In this document: piece by piece, positions 48,251 through 59,499 of the stretch
Position numbering within the stretch: the stretch's first letter is position 1
How the letters are laid out: each line of letters begins with the position of its first letter
Translations under genes and position numbers: made by a program
The notes under the pieces: generated by a model
The model's database searches: none
Told to the model about the DNA's origin: nothing
The model's input: the letters and a program-made list of their open reading frames with translations, nothing else
Virus record (IMG/VR): IMGVR_UViG_3300018424_000006
Coordinates: 124,001-188,000 of that record
Length of the DNA stretch: 64,000 nucleotides
Strand: one strand, 5' to 3'

Positions 48251-49099
48251 TTATTCTTGAACTTCGTCTGGTAGACTTGCAAAGCCGTTGTCGGCTGCTG
48301 CAACGTCTGCAGAGATCTCTTCAATGAAAGTAGGTAAGGCGTCAGGATTCAAACCTAATTTGTTTAGGTTATCCAAGTAGTCCTGTGCCATGGCGCGTAC
48401 AGAATTACCACGTTCGGTAATAGCTGTAAACTCGATGTCGGTCTGAGGAGACTCTAGAGCCTCACCCATAACACGACTACCAGTATTCTCACCACCAGTC
48501 TTAGGCATCATGTTGCTACACAACCAAGCGTTTACAACGCCATCTAGAGATGGGTTAGGCTCGATGAATAGAACAGTGAAGCTAACTTGAGATTCCAATA
48601 GAGGAAGCTTGTTAGGATCGTTCTGGTACGCTTCAGTACTAATAATACCTGCACGTCCTAAGTCAGGGTCATGCAATAATGCTTTACCCAACTGTTCCCA
48701 GAAACGGTTAACTTGCTTACCATAGATCTCAGGCCATGAAAATGCCGGAACACTACGTTCAATTGTGGCATTGGTAACAGTCTCACGCATCTCACCAGAG
48801 TTGCCTTCAACAGTCTCACCAAATTCCCAAGTGATAGTAGAGTTAAGTCCAGTAATGGAAATCGCACGATCTTCGATTAGGCTCTTAAGAACCGCAACAC
48901 GCTTTTCGTAGTCATCCATATAACGCATGGCTGGAGGAGCTTCAACTAGAACAGGAATGATACGTTGTTTAACGTAGCGAGCTGAACTTTCGAAGCTGGA
49001 TGGATCGCGCATCGCGCCTTGTTGGCCACGCGCAGAAGCATCAATACCCGGAGCATAGCCGCCATTCAGACTTGTTTTTTCGTCTAATAGAACACCCAT
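48251..49099 (-). CDS. Tail tube protein (gp30-like)
   Basis: Follows the sheath gene; LFIEP and AWLCSNMMPK.GG motifs. Confidence 0.85.
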   Translation of the reverse strand: MGVLLDEKTSLNGGYAPGIDASARGQQGAMRDPSSFESSARYVKQRIIPVLVEAPPAMRYMDDYEKRVAVLKSLIEDRAISITGLNSTITWEFGETVEGNSGEMRETVTNATIERSVPAFSWPEIYGKQVNRFWEQLGKALLHDPDLGRAGIISTEAYQNDPNKLPLLESQVSFTVLFIEPNPSLDGVVNAWLCSNMMPKTGGENTGSRVMGEALESPQTDIEFTAITERGNSVRAMAQDYLDNLNKLGLNPDALPTFIEEISADVAAADNGFASLPDEVQE

Positions 49100-49110
49100 T
49101 GTTTAATCTC

Positions 49111-51168
49111 CTATGCTTCTAAGTCAGCACGACGCTTAGCGATAACGTTAAACGTACCTACAGTCTTCATTGGGTCACCGTAAACAGCAACGTCCATAGT
49201 CCAGCTATAGCCGCGTGCATCATCAGCAGTGGTGAAGTAAGTTGTAGGAACGATAGTAACGCGGTCATCGTAACGACCTTCTACTAAGTCATTCATTAAC
49301 TGGTTAGATTTCTCAATGAACTGAGCTTTAGTCAAACGAGTTTGACCACTTAGTTCACGCCATACCACGTCACAAAGTTTTGTAACGTCGACCATGATGG
49401 TCATTAGCATCTCTGAGTTCAGGATACTAGTGTCATCTTTGTACACTGTCTGGAATGCAGGATAGAAAAGAGTCTGACGGTCATTATACTGAACGTAGTT
49501 AAGACCCGCTTCCCAATCCGCTTCACGGATAGACAGTTTCTTGTAGGTACAGTTAACGTCAGAGAAACCAGCAACACGGTTAAGTGGAGCTTCATCGTAA
49601 CGCTTGTTAGGACGCATCTTACCATCGCCAGAGCCAGCATATTCTGCACGCTTCATTGCTAGGTCGTGTACAAAGCTAACCAAACCTTTATAAGGAGAGT
49701 TAGGTTGATAACCAGCATGGCCAACGATAACAGCACGACAAACAGAAGTACCGTACAATTGAGATTCTGGGAAAAGACCAATCTTGGCGTTAAGAACACC
49801 AGTGATTGAACTTTCTTCAGCGATAGTATTTTGAACGCCGCCGTTAGTCACTAAGTCGTGAGTAGAGAAGGCAACGTGAACGTCAGGACGATAGCCCATG
49901 GCTAACATCAAAGCGTCTTTAACCGCTGATGGGAAACCGGTATCGTACATCGCAGAGAAAGGATAACGAGCTACGTCTTTAAGCGCGTAGTCTGGGTTTT
50001 CCCAGTTGTAGTTCATCTCGTCGATAATACGGTTACCCAGTTCTTCAACACTTACTGTACCGTCGTTGCCGCCTGTAGCAAAATGAGTAGTGATCTCATC
50101 AAGGCTGATACTATCAGCACTATAAATGAAGCTCTCGTACTCAACGCCAGACATGTCCTTACCAGTCAAGAAGTTGATAAGGTGGGCATCAGCAAAAGTG
50201 TTAGAAGAAATTAATTCTTCTTGGGTTTTCAATAGACCAAGAACTGTTGCGATGTTATCTGAATAAACATGCATGTCTTGGAATGGGCCATACGTTGGAA
50301 CACGGCCAGAAGTAGGATCGTTATCTTCGTACGCTTTCACGATACGGTCAGAACCTAAATCTAAGTTGGTAGCGCGATCGAAAACACCTTCTTTAAAGGC
50401 GAAGTCAATGTAGCGTTCAGAATTAATAGTTTCTTGAACTACCGCAGTGCCAGTTTCGCTTAGCTCAACTAACTGAGCGCGATATAGCATTGCATTCTGA
50501 TCCAGAACGATTCCGGCATCAGCAGGATCGTTAGTACCATCAACAGGAGCACTTAGACGAATGCCCATGTTGTTGCCATAGTCACCAATATAGGTTTCTA
50601 AACCTAAGATTGGATAGATAGTCGAAGTCTCACCAGTCTTACCGGTAAGAGTACCACCAACCTGAGTTGCTACTGTTTTAATGTCAGTTGCATCATCAAC
50701 AGGCAATAAGCTCCAGCGTAACTTGTAACCTTCAACTACGTTTGAGCCGTCTTGTTGCTTCTCACCGCTACCGGCATCTACAAGAACTTTACCGTCAGCA
50801 CCACGAAGGTAGACTGGAACAGCATCGTCAAGTACGATTTCTAGAGCAAGAACAAAACGAGCAGACTTAGCATCAGCAGCTACTACACGCTTAATGAAAC
50901 ACTGGTTACCCGCACCAATTATAGATTGGGCTAGATAAGTGTGGTGGTTATAGAACTTACCACGAACATCAAAGGTTTTAGAACCGAAGATTTTTTGTAG
51001 GGGAGCACCTACAACCATCTGAGGATCTAAAGGACCACGTTCAGTTTGCAAATAAAAGAACGGTAGATGTTGGGGTAACTGTTCAACTTCGGATTGTAGA
51101 GTTCCGCCTGACTCGTCCTTAATGCCGGGACGAATAGAACGCGGAGCGGCATTTTTAATCGACGCCAT
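49111..51168 (-). CDS. Tail sheath protein (gp29-like)
   Basis: 685 aa; NAAPR..GIKD.S, PQHLP, ERGP, YDTGFP, ESQLYGT..CRA motifs. Confidence 0.9.
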   Translation of the reverse strand: MASIKNAAPRSIRPGIKDESGGTLQSEVEQLPQHLPFFYLQTERGPLDPQMVVGAPLQKIFGSKTFDVRGKFYNHHTYLAQSIIGAGNQCFIKRVVAADAKSARFVLALEIVLDDAVPVYLRGADGKVLVDAGSGEKQQDGSNVVEGYKLRWSLLPVDDATDIKTVATQVGGTLTGKTGETSTIYPILGLETYIGDYGNNMGIRLSAPVDGTNDPADAGIVLDQNAMLYRAQLVELSETGTAVVQETINSERYIDFAFKEGVFDRATNLDLGSDRIVKAYEDNDPTSGRVPTYGPFQDMHVYSDNIATVLGLLKTQEELISSNTFADAHLINFLTGKDMSGVEYESFIYSADSISLDEITTHFATGGNDGTVSVEELGNRIIDEMNYNWENPDYALKDVARYPFSAMYDTGFPSAVKDALMLAMGYRPDVHVAFSTHDLVTNGGVQNTIAEESSITGVLNAKIGLFPESQLYGTSVCRAVIVGHAGYQPNSPYKGLVSFVHDLAMKRAEYAGSGDGKMRPNKRYDEAPLNRVAGFSDVNCTYKKLSIREADWEAGLNYVQYNDRQTLFYPAFQTVYKDDTSILNSEMLMTIMVDVTKLCDVVWRELSGQTRLTKAQFIEKSNQLMNDLVEGRYDDRVTIVPTTYFTTADDARGYSWTMDVAVYGDPMKTVGTFNVIAKRRADLEA

Positions 51169-51355
51169 TTTTTACTCCTAAAGTTTCGTTGTTAACAAAC
51201 AAATTTGACTACAGAAAAAGTCACCTAATAAAGGGTAATAGATTCCGTAATCTTGTGGGCGCTAGCATCACACATTATTATGTATTAAAGTGTGCATAAA
51301 TAGTGCTAACTTTTATTTTTTTACTTGCAATGTAACTTAACTAATTGAGGGAACC

Positions 51356-52264
51356 ATGAACATTTATGAAACCTATTATGGCAAAAACCTTCGCGCACTT
51401 GCCGGTGAAGTAACAAAGCAGCTTAAAACTTACATTGCGATGAACGATGAAAATCTAAAACAGTCAGAAGTAGGCAATGTTTACTATCTTTCTATTGAAG
51501 ACGAAAACGTCATTCAATGGAATTTCCCAATCGTTATTGATGGGAAGGCTTATGTAGATCTTCGTCCCTATCTAACTAAACAAGGTACGGTTCGTAATCC
51601 TCAAGATGTCTCAGCTGCTATTCGTCGTGCCCAACTAGAACTTCTATGGTTAGAAGATCGAGACGACTTCGAAAACATTATGATTGGTACCGCAACAATC
51701 TTCGGTACTTGGATAGCTTCTTTATTGGCGTTTAGTCACAGCCTTTCTGGTCGTGATAAAGTAGTTATTGAAATAGCATTAACTGCTTACTATGCTGTTC
51801 TGTTTATGGACGAAGAAAAGCTAGACGATCGTGATGTCGAAAAGATCTTTGTACAGTTAGCTCGTAGTTCTAATGTTGGACGTCAAATCTTAGATGACGT
51901 TTTTGAAACAAAAGGTAGTGGTAGCTATACTTTAACCGAGGCTTTATTGGATAGAAGTATTGAACCTCTTGGTCCTGTACTGAACTGGATCAATAATGTA
52001 ATCGATGTAGAAATTGAAGGTCTTTCTCCTAAGCTACTTTTCAATAAAGTAGTGAATGGTAGCTGGGTAGGTGCATTAGCGCCTGAACTAGCCTCTGCTT
52101 CATTGTACCATCCACCAATCTTTATTAGCTTACTAGATCGTGCTATGACATATAGCTTCTTTGAGCGTACTGCTATTGGCCGTTCGGTTAAGAACAATAG
52201 TCGTAATCGCGCTGTACGTAATCTAGAGCCTTGGTTAAAACGGGCTCTTGAATATCAGGAGTAA
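51356..52264 (+). CDS. Virion structural protein (gp28-like)
   Basis: Divergent from the sheath gene, first in the terminase operon; YET.YG, VDLRPY and HPP.F motifs. Confidence 0.65.
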   Translation: MNIYETYYGKNLRALAGEVTKQLKTYIAMNDENLKQSEVGNVYYLSIEDENVIQWNFPIVIDGKAYVDLRPYLTKQGTVRNPQDVSAAIRRAQLELLWLEDRDDFENIMIGTATIFGTWIASLLAFSHSLSGRDKVVIEIALTAYYAVLFMDEEKLDDRDVEKIFVQLARSSNVGRQILDDVFETKGSGSYTLTEALLDRSIEPLGPVLNWINNVIDVEIEGLSPKLLFNKVVNGSWVGALAPELASASLYHPPIFISLLDRAMTYSFFERTAIGRSVKNNSRNRAVRNLEPWLKRALEYQE

Positions 52265-52267
52265 CCA

Positions 52268-54787
52268 ATGTTAGATCAACTTGTCGATCGTGCAGTCCAA
52301 GAAGTTTGGGCTGCACCGGATATCGATAGACAGTTCCTTATTGAACCTGTAGCACTTTCTGATAAGAATGGTGATATAGGTAAAGTCTATCTTCCGTATG
52401 AACAAATCATCTTGCCCGACAACAGTGAACGCTTCATGGTCTATCAAGTAGGTCAATGGGCTCCTGACAGATTGGGTATTGATGACCGTCTTTGGAACTG
52501 GGTTAAATTAAGCGACCTAAGTAATGACGATGGTCTACTAGTGCAGTTTATGATTAATCATAAGTTGTTACCTCTCCATGAAGGCTATATCCGCAGAACT
52601 AAGAATCGTGCTTTAATCTTTGCTTTCCCATTAAGGGTAGCCGAAGAAGATATTAAGGCAGTCTATAGCCCCATGGTTCGTGTCTATACAAACCACTGGT
52701 ATAGTACCCCTGAAGGAACTGCGGACCCACGTCCTTCATATATGGGTTCTACTTACAGCCAGCTTACTGGCGACCCTGCGTTCTTTACGCACTGGGCAGG
52801 CATTAAAACTAATCCTGGTTCTTTCCTATATAAGAATGGTATTCTCGTAAATGATCTTACTCCGTCTGAAATAGTGACTGGAGATAAATTATCGTTATAC
52901 GAAGACCATTCTGTTGAAGGTTATTTTGATATAGCTTTGGATGACTTACTCTTCTATACCTCTGATGTAGATTCTAAGAATAGATACATCATTCAAGTAC
53001 CAGAAGAACTAACCAGTAACCTCCATTACATAGATGACCTTGAAGTTTATATAATGGGTCATATCGAACAGAATGGGATTACTCGAGATGCAGGTATCTA
53101 CGTTCCTCGTATTACGAAGGGAACGATTAAGATGCTTACTCACTGTGACTTCGCCCTAGAAGTTAACTATGTGACTAATGCGATTAACCAGAACGATCAT
53201 TTAATTGATTTTGCTAACACCCGCATTCGAGTTTATTACCGTAAGAATAATAAACTTCGTCCAGATGTTGCTAACTCTTCGTTCCTACGTCAGTTCTACC
53301 AGCTTCCTAAAACTACTCGTCTTCTCTTGATGACAGGTACTAACTCTAACGTTGCTGTATGGCAAGCTAAGAATCTAGAGCAAGGGGCCTTTACGACATT
53401 TATGTCCATGACTCCTCTTGAGTTAACTAATGCCTTACAGATTCCTGCTGCAGGTATTAATGACGTTTATAACTATTTCGGTTTAATGGAAATCTTTGAG
53501 ACTTCCACTATTTCGAACGGTAAGATCCAGTGGTGTAGAGCAGATAAAGAGAATGGTTGCTTAATCAAGTCTTTTGATGCCGATGGGAATATGATTGATT
53601 ATCGATTTGTTGACGATATCTATACGTCAATGGAGAGAGACATCTTCCCGGGTACGACCTACATTGAAACTATCCCGGGTAAACAGACTTCAACTGCCGA
53701 GATAAATGGCTATGATGAAACAAATGACTTTGTTGGTAAATATAACGAGGTTCGTTATTTGCTAAAAGAGTCCGGGGAAGTTAAAGCCGTCTTAGATAAT
53801 GACTTTACAGTCAATAGCATAACTGGGAAGGTTACATGGGACGGGAAGAACGCAGGTATCCCCAAGCGTCTTATTCGTTCTACCGATATTATCATGAGTG
53901 AGTATACTCTAGCCGCTACCGACGTAACAGAGTCTTTGCCTCTGTTAGGTCCTGAAACTCCATTAACGTTTACTCCGGGTATTCCGGGAGTAGAAGTTTA
54001 TATTGATGGTAAGCGTGCTAACTTAGGTCTGGACTATATTCTGGAATATCCTAACTTCAGAATCTTTAAGCAGATTACTCATGACAATCCAATTGATGTT
54101 AAGGTTATCCTTCACGGCATTCCTTTAGTCGATGATAAGATCTACCCTGCTCCTAAAACAGGCTGGATTTTAGATGGTGAGATTAGTCGCAACAATGTCT
54201 TTGAGTTTTACAAGGATACCTACTCTGAGATCTATATCGATGGTAGATATGTTTCACAAGACCAAATCAAGCTCGCTGAAACTGGTTTAGGTTCAATGCC
54301 TAACTGGGTGACGAACGGCATGCCTTACGCAATCTATCCTCGCGTACAGCACATCCCTACAGACTTTGTAGATAGTGTTACTGCCGGACGATTCTGGGCA
54401 TACGAGACGCTCGATAATGCAGCAGGTGCTGTTGATAACATTCTTACTCAGGGTGCAGATCAGATACCTAGTGTGATCATTGGACAGTATGAATTAGTCA
54501 GTCCACTTCTTAAAAAGGTTATTGACGAGATTCGTAATGGTTCTATTCAGATTGATTCTAATCTTTCGGATGCTGCAGTAGGTGTTAAGATAACGCCATA
54601 CTCTAACCTAGTTGAAATTGATCCTGCTTCTGTACGGACAGATATCGAATATTTAGATTTTGTCCCTCATAGTGAGACAACCCCAATATCAGTAACTCTT
54701 TTGGAATACAATTTCCTAGAGAGAGTTAACGCAATTTATCTGAATAATAATTGCACCCTTTCATCGTACATACTTATAGGTTCTTAA
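52268..54787 (+). CDS. Virion structural protein (gp27-like)
   Basis: 839 aa; VW.AP..DRQ and MLTH.DF motifs; synteny. Confidence 0.7.
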   Translation: MLDQLVDRAVQEVWAAPDIDRQFLIEPVALSDKNGDIGKVYLPYEQIILPDNSERFMVYQVGQWAPDRLGIDDRLWNWVKLSDLSNDDGLLVQFMINHKLLPLHEGYIRRTKNRALIFAFPLRVAEEDIKAVYSPMVRVYTNHWYSTPEGTADPRPSYMGSTYSQLTGDPAFFTHWAGIKTNPGSFLYKNGILVNDLTPSEIVTGDKLSLYEDHSVEGYFDIALDDLLFYTSDVDSKNRYIIQVPEELTSNLHYIDDLEVYIMGHIEQNGITRDAGIYVPRITKGTIKMLTHCDFALEVNYVTNAINQNDHLIDFANTRIRVYYRKNNKLRPDVANSSFLRQFYQLPKTTRLLLMTGTNSNVAVWQAKNLEQGAFTTFMSMTPLELTNALQIPAAGINDVYNYFGLMEIFETSTISNGKIQWCRADKENGCLIKSFDADGNMIDYRFVDDIYTSMERDIFPGTTYIETIPGKQTSTAEINGYDETNDFVGKYNEVRYLLKESGEVKAVLDNDFTVNSITGKVTWDGKNAGIPKRLIRSTDIIMSEYTLAATDVTESLPLLGPETPLTFTPGIPGVEVYIDGKRANLGLDYILEYPNFRIFKQITHDNPIDVKVILHGIPLVDDKIYPAPKTGWILDGEISRNNVFEFYKDTYSEIYIDGRYVSQDQIKLAETGLGSMPNWVTNGMPYAIYPRVQHIPTDFVDSVTAGRFWAYETLDNAAGAVDNILTQGADQIPSVIIGQYELVSPLLKKVIDEIRNGSIQIDSNLSDAAVGVKITPYSNLVEIDPASVRTDIEYLDFVPHSETTPISVTLLEYNFLERVNAIYLNNNCTLSSYILIGS

Positions 54788-54788
54788 A

Positions 54789-56444
54789 ATGCCCATAGTT
54801 CAACATGACGGTAAAAAGTCAACTGTTATAAATATGGATGAGTTGTACCAAGGAGTCGATCCTGCCGAAGGTGAAACTCTCCATATTCCTGCTATAGGAG
54901 ATCTGGTTGTTGATTTCAATCGTGGTTTCTTTAAGGTAGACGCGGTTGACCCAATTACCAAAATCCCGACCCTATCTCCATGGAAACCTGAGACATTAGG
55001 CGACTCTGGAAATAGTGATGACATTAACGCGGGTCTAACTCGCAACTTTACTTCTGGCGCTAACCGCGCCTTTGTAAATTACAATGTTTCTCCACCGACA
55101 ATCAACATCGATCGTCGAGTACTTATTATGGATGCGGCAGCTACGACTGTTAAAATCTTTAAAGGTACTGATACTAGTTCCGCTACCGGGACGGTCATTA
55201 GTCGTGTATATGACAATAACCAAAACTTCATTAGCGAGAACGTAGAACTTGAACGCGTCTTCCCTGAGAACGACGTTATCAAATATGTTCCAGAGACTCA
55301 CATTGATACCGGCCTTAATCAGGGCGAAATTGTTACTGTAGTTGCTTACTCCGCAAATAGCGGCGTAGTACATGAAGAACATTTCACGACTCGACTAACG
55401 GACGCCATTGGTACTCCAGATCTTAATAATAAGTATCTGGTTGGTATCAGTCTGGTATCTGACTTAGTGTCTGCTGAAGATCCCGAGATGATCCTGAATG
55501 ACCTTAACGTTCCTTTCAATACTACATTAATGCAATGTCGTTTACATTATAACGACGGCTCCCATGTAGACATCGGTATCGATGGTATGAAAGCTAAGTT
55601 AATGGGTATTGATAATTTCAATGAATCTACTCTAGGTCCTGCCAATGATATTCTATTGGTATACTACCCTTCTGCAGATGAACCAGCGATAAATGTAGTT
55701 GATGGCGAGAATCCTGTTCTCACTAAGAGCTATAAGCTTTCTAATCAGCGTGGTGAGGCGACCTTCGGATTCAAGTTATATGTCATTCCGAAATATCAAG
55801 ATATTAGTCTTGGCTATACTTTAGAATATCGTCTAACTAACTTTGACTACGACATCGATGTGGACGTTACCGCAAATGTAACAACTACTCTTCGTTCAGA
55901 CGGTTCTGCATGGTCTCCGACTAACTACGGTAATCGTCAAGAGCTGTTGGCAGTACTTCGCTTAGAAGATGTAATGCCGGGCATCTATGATGGCTGGATT
56001 CATACTCAGAACTTTAATATCACTCTTGACGTTCCTACTGACGGCGCTGGTAATAGCTGGGTTATTGATTACGCGGCTGATAACTCTCGTCTATTGGGTT
56101 ACGATGTGGATATCGAAGCATCTAATATTAATAGTCGTGTGTTGATTCAGAACGGACACGTTAATCAAGCTGACTGGCTTGATAAGCTTTACTATGAAGC
56201 TGTGCCGTTGTTCGACCAAGATCTTATTTCCGCTCCTCCTCGTCCGACACATTTCCGATTCACCTATGGCGAACCGGCAATCTCTAAAGTGTTTGGCATT
56301 GACGAATGGGATAAGTATCTTTCTCGCGATACTGCTGATCCGTATACTGCACATGAAACAGCCACAATTACGTGGTTATTGGAAGATGGACCAAGTACCT
56401 TTACTTTGGGTCATACTCCACTACTAGTTCGTATTGTAGACTAA
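54789..56444 (+). CDS. Virion structural protein (gp26-like)
   Basis: 551 aa; KIFKGTD.S..G.VIS and PP.PTHF motifs; synteny. Confidence 0.7.
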   Translation: MPIVQHDGKKSTVINMDELYQGVDPAEGETLHIPAIGDLVVDFNRGFFKVDAVDPITKIPTLSPWKPETLGDSGNSDDINAGLTRNFTSGANRAFVNYNVSPPTINIDRRVLIMDAAATTVKIFKGTDTSSATGTVISRVYDNNQNFISENVELERVFPENDVIKYVPETHIDTGLNQGEIVTVVAYSANSGVVHEEHFTTRLTDAIGTPDLNNKYLVGISLVSDLVSAEDPEMILNDLNVPFNTTLMQCRLHYNDGSHVDIGIDGMKAKLMGIDNFNESTLGPANDILLVYYPSADEPAINVVDGENPVLTKSYKLSNQRGEATFGFKLYVIPKYQDISLGYTLEYRLTNFDYDIDVDVTANVTTTLRSDGSAWSPTNYGNRQELLAVLRLEDVMPGIYDGWIHTQNFNITLDVPTDGAGNSWVIDYAADNSRLLGYDVDIEASNINSRVLIQNGHVNQADWLDKLYYEAVPLFDQDLISAPPRPTHFRFTYGEPAISKVFGIDEWDKYLSRDTADPYTAHETATITWLLEDGPSTFTLGHTPLLVRIVD

Positions 56445-56448
56445 TAAT

Positions 56449-56476
56449 GAATGCTAGGTCTTCGGGCCTAGCATTC
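56449..56476 (+). terminator. cUUCGg hairpin upstream of terminase (terminator/attenuator)
   Basis: GAATGCTAGGTC-TTCG-GGCCTAGCATTC with a weak U tail. Confidence 0.65.
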
Positions 56477-56498
56477 TTATCTTACCCGGGAGTCTATT

Positions 56499-58649
56499 GT
56501 GATTTTATTTAGAAAAGATTGGGCCAAATATCCCGGCGCAATCATACATGCTAATACTAAGAATAAATCATTCTTACGCTATAGCTATATCTTAAGGGAA
56601 ATGGGAATAAAGAATAACTTCTTTCATCTAGCTTTATTGCAACCAGAGTTAGCTAACGTTGATCCCTTTGATCCTGACTTAGATAATGAAACTAAGTTCA
56701 AAATTATCCGAGAATGTAAATACAACATTTGGTACTTCTTAAGAGAAGTTGCACGATTCCCTCCAAAGGGCGGTAACGAAGCAATACCATATGCAGCCAA
56801 CCGCGGTAACATGGCCCTTACTTGGTCATTCATGAACCATATCGACTTTGCGCTTATCATGATCCGTCAGGCTGGTAAGTCGGGTTCAACTGACCAAATA
56901 CATTCTTATATAACCCATGTAGCTGGGGAAGGTAATGCTACACAGATTCTAACTAAGGATAACAAACTTAGAAAGGCAAACATCGAACGTATTAAAGCGA
57001 TTCGAGATCAATTGCCTAGTTATTTGCATACATGGACTCGTGACGATGCCGACAATACCGTTGAGGTCACCTGTAAGGCCCTAGGGAACGAGATTCAGAC
57101 TGGAGTGGCCCAGAAGTCGGAAGACGGTGCAGATAATCTTGGAAGGGGTCTGACGGCGCAGGTGCAGCATATAGACGAAGCGCCATACATTGCAAACATC
57201 CATATCTCTCTTCCGGTAGCACTTGCATCCGGTACAGCAGCACGTGACCTTGCTAAAGCAGCAGGTGGTTTCTATGGAAACATCTTCACTACAACGGCTG
57301 GTAAGAAAGATACAAAAGAGGGTCGTTATATTTATGATCTAATTCATGAAGGCATGTATTGGAATGAAGCAATCTTAGATTGTGCTGATATTAATGAAGC
57401 TATTGAAATGATTGATAAGAACTCAGTGGGAGATTCTATCATTATCAATGGTACATTCAGTCATTCTCAGATTGGTAAGTCAGATGAATGGTTACGTAAG
57501 GCAATCCTTAATACGAAAGCCACTGAAGATATCGCTGACCGAGACTTCTTCAATGTATGGACTTCCGGTTCTGAAAGTTCTCCTCTATCTCAGAAACTAA
57601 GTACGGTAATTCGTGCTTCTGAAACTAGCCCTATTTATACCAACATTACTCCAGAGAAATATCAGATACGTTGGCAGATCCCTAGAGAAGATATCTTTAG
57701 ACGAATGCAGAATGGACAATTCGTAATGGGTCTCGATACGTCGAATGCGGTAGGTCGAGATGGTAACGGTATAGTACTTATAGATGTGAAGACTCTAGAA
57801 GTAGTTATGCTTGCCAGAATAAGTGAAGCGAATATTCTTAAGTTTGCTAAGTGGATTTCTAGCTTTATGGTTATGTTCCCGTCAGTTACTTTGGTTCCAG
57901 AGAACAAGTCTTCGGGTCAGTCTATTATGGATATTATATCCACAGACTTAATGGCCGCTGGATACCATCCATTTAAACGAATCTTTAATAGATTGGTAGG
58001 CGGTAGCGAAGGGAAAGCTGAGAGAGGCTGGTTGGAGATTAAGAAGAACTTACCTTGTACTGAAGAGTTCTATGTTTCCTATAAAGGTTACTTAGGGTTT
58101 ATGACCACAGGTAATACTCGTGCTCAACTATATGACTCTGTATTTCAACAAGCTGCTGGTTCTGCGGGCCACTTAGTTAAAGATAAGATTTTGATTGACG
58201 AGATCTTAGCTCTTGTAACTAAGAATGGACGTGTTGATCACCCTTCCGATGGACACGATGATACGACTATTGCGTGGCTATTAGGTAACTGGTTCTTACG
58301 TCAAGCATCACACCTTGATAACTATGGGCTATCTAGATTGAATGTATTGGCTGAAGTATCCGATGAAGGTGCAACAGTTGATCCAGAAGAACTAGAACGT
58401 GTACGTGAACGAAACCTTGTTCGTAAAGAAATAGAAGAATTGAAACTTGCTCTTGAAGGCACTAATGACATTATTGCCAAGACTAAGATTGAAGCTCGTC
58501 TATCTATCTTAACAAACAAATCTCAAGTAGACGGCGGTGAACCTGTAAGCCTAGATGCTGTATTAGGTGAAGCTCGTGAGAAGAAGAAGTCTAAGACTAC
58601 TATTCTTGAGAAGATGAAGCGTATACAGCAATACCGTAATGCGACATAG
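56499..58649 (+). CDS. terL: Terminase large subunit (gp25-like)
   Basis: Walker A RQAGKS, GRG, Walker B HIDE, TTT, nuclease GLDTS and HDD. Confidence 0.93.
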   Translation: MILFRKDWAKYPGAIIHANTKNKSFLRYSYILREMGIKNNFFHLALLQPELANVDPFDPDLDNETKFKIIRECKYNIWYFLREVARFPPKGGNEAIPYAANRGNMALTWSFMNHIDFALIMIRQAGKSGSTDQIHSYITHVAGEGNATQILTKDNKLRKANIERIKAIRDQLPSYLHTWTRDDADNTVEVTCKALGNEIQTGVAQKSEDGADNLGRGLTAQVQHIDEAPYIANIHISLPVALASGTAARDLAKAAGGFYGNIFTTTAGKKDTKEGRYIYDLIHEGMYWNEAILDCADINEAIEMIDKNSVGDSIIINGTFSHSQIGKSDEWLRKAILNTKATEDIADRDFFNVWTSGSESSPLSQKLSTVIRASETSPIYTNITPEKYQIRWQIPREDIFRRMQNGQFVMGLDTSNAVGRDGNGIVLIDVKTLEVVMLARISEANILKFAKWISSFMVMFPSVTLVPENKSSGQSIMDIISTDLMAAGYHPFKRIFNRLVGGSEGKAERGWLEIKKNLPCTEEFYVSYKGYLGFMTTGNTRAQLYDSVFQQAAGSAGHLVKDKILIDEILALVTKNGRVDHPSDGHDDTTIAWLLGNWFLRQASHLDNYGLSRLNVLAEVSDEGATVDPEELERVRERNLVRKEIEELKLALEGTNDIIAKTKIEARLSILTNKSQVDGGEPVSLDAVLGEAREKKKSKTTILEKMKRIQQYRNAT

Positions 58650-58652
58650 TAA

Positions 58653-58684
58653 GCTACTCCTCCAGCCTGGGCTGGAGGAGTAGT
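58653..58684. terminator. Bidirectional terminator
   Basis: CTACTCCTCCAGCC/GGCTGGAGGAGTAG. Confidence 0.85.
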
Positions 58685-58686
58685 CT

Positions 58687-59499
58687 TTATGCAAATCCAA
58701 AATCAGCAGCAGTCTTTTCGCCAATACCTATATCTTTAAGTAATGGATTCAGCTCACTAATCAAATCTTTATGGAAAGTTAAAATCGAATTAGAGCTATT
58801 GAAAGTTAATTGATCATTAGTCTTATTAGCAATAAAGATAACAGGACGAATTTCGCCTAACTCAGTTCTAACGAAGTCATCCCACCCAGGAGCATTAAGG
58901 ATTTCAGGAACCTTACAAATATACTCCATAAACTTTAAATAATTAGGGTGACTACTATTCTTATTATAATAGTTCTTAAAGTCATTCAGATAAGCGCCAA
59001 ATGTTGGATCATTCATTAAGTTGGATTTAACTACAAAATTAACACTGGAAGTATTCATCTTGTCATAACCACCTAAGGCAGCGACGATTTGCGGAATGTC
59101 TGACGGGAATACTGAGATCAAAGCAAGCATAAGTAAGTTACGGTTAGTATCTTCCATACCACTTGTATCAGTATGAGCTACATCCCCCGCTTCAAATAGC
59201 TGGACTTTAGTATCTCTTCCAGATCCTAAACTCTCCCATTTAGCTCGTATAGCAGGCCCATCTAAACGAGCTGGATTTAGAGCAGTCATAGAAATGAATG
59301 CTTCATATGCATCCACAATCATAACTGCATACTTATGAAAGATACATTCTTCTACTACTGGAGTAGGCTGTACTTTGTTATATGCAGGATAGTCTCCGGT
59401 TGCAGGGACTTCTACCGTAGGATAGTCGGTATACTCCCTGTAGTGTGGAGGACGTCGAAACATCCCCTCTAAATACTTAAGCGCTTCTGGCTGTTCCAT
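58687..59499 (-). CDS. Hypothetical protein
   Basis: 270 aa ORF. Confidence 0.7.
   Translation of the reverse strand: MEQPEALKYLEGMFRRPPHYREYTDYPTVEVPATGDYPAYNKVQPTPVVEECIFHKYAVMIVDAYEAFISMTALNPARLDGPAIRAKWESLGSGRDTKVQLFEAGDVAHTDTSGMEDTNRNLLMLALISVFPSDIPQIVAALGGYDKMNTSSVNFVVKSNLMNDPTFGAYLNDFKNYYNKNSSHPNYLKFMEYICKVPEILNAPGWDDFVRTELGEIRPVIFIANKTNDQLTFNSSNSILTFHKDLISELNPLLKDIGIGEKTAADFGFA

Noticed and set aside
2106-51322. T-rich TTTTATTT motif upstream of several genes (2106, 28268, 31690, 46629, 51311) as a middle promoter
   Set aside because: Low complexity in an AT-rich genome and similar to terminator tails; not separable from chance without start-site data.
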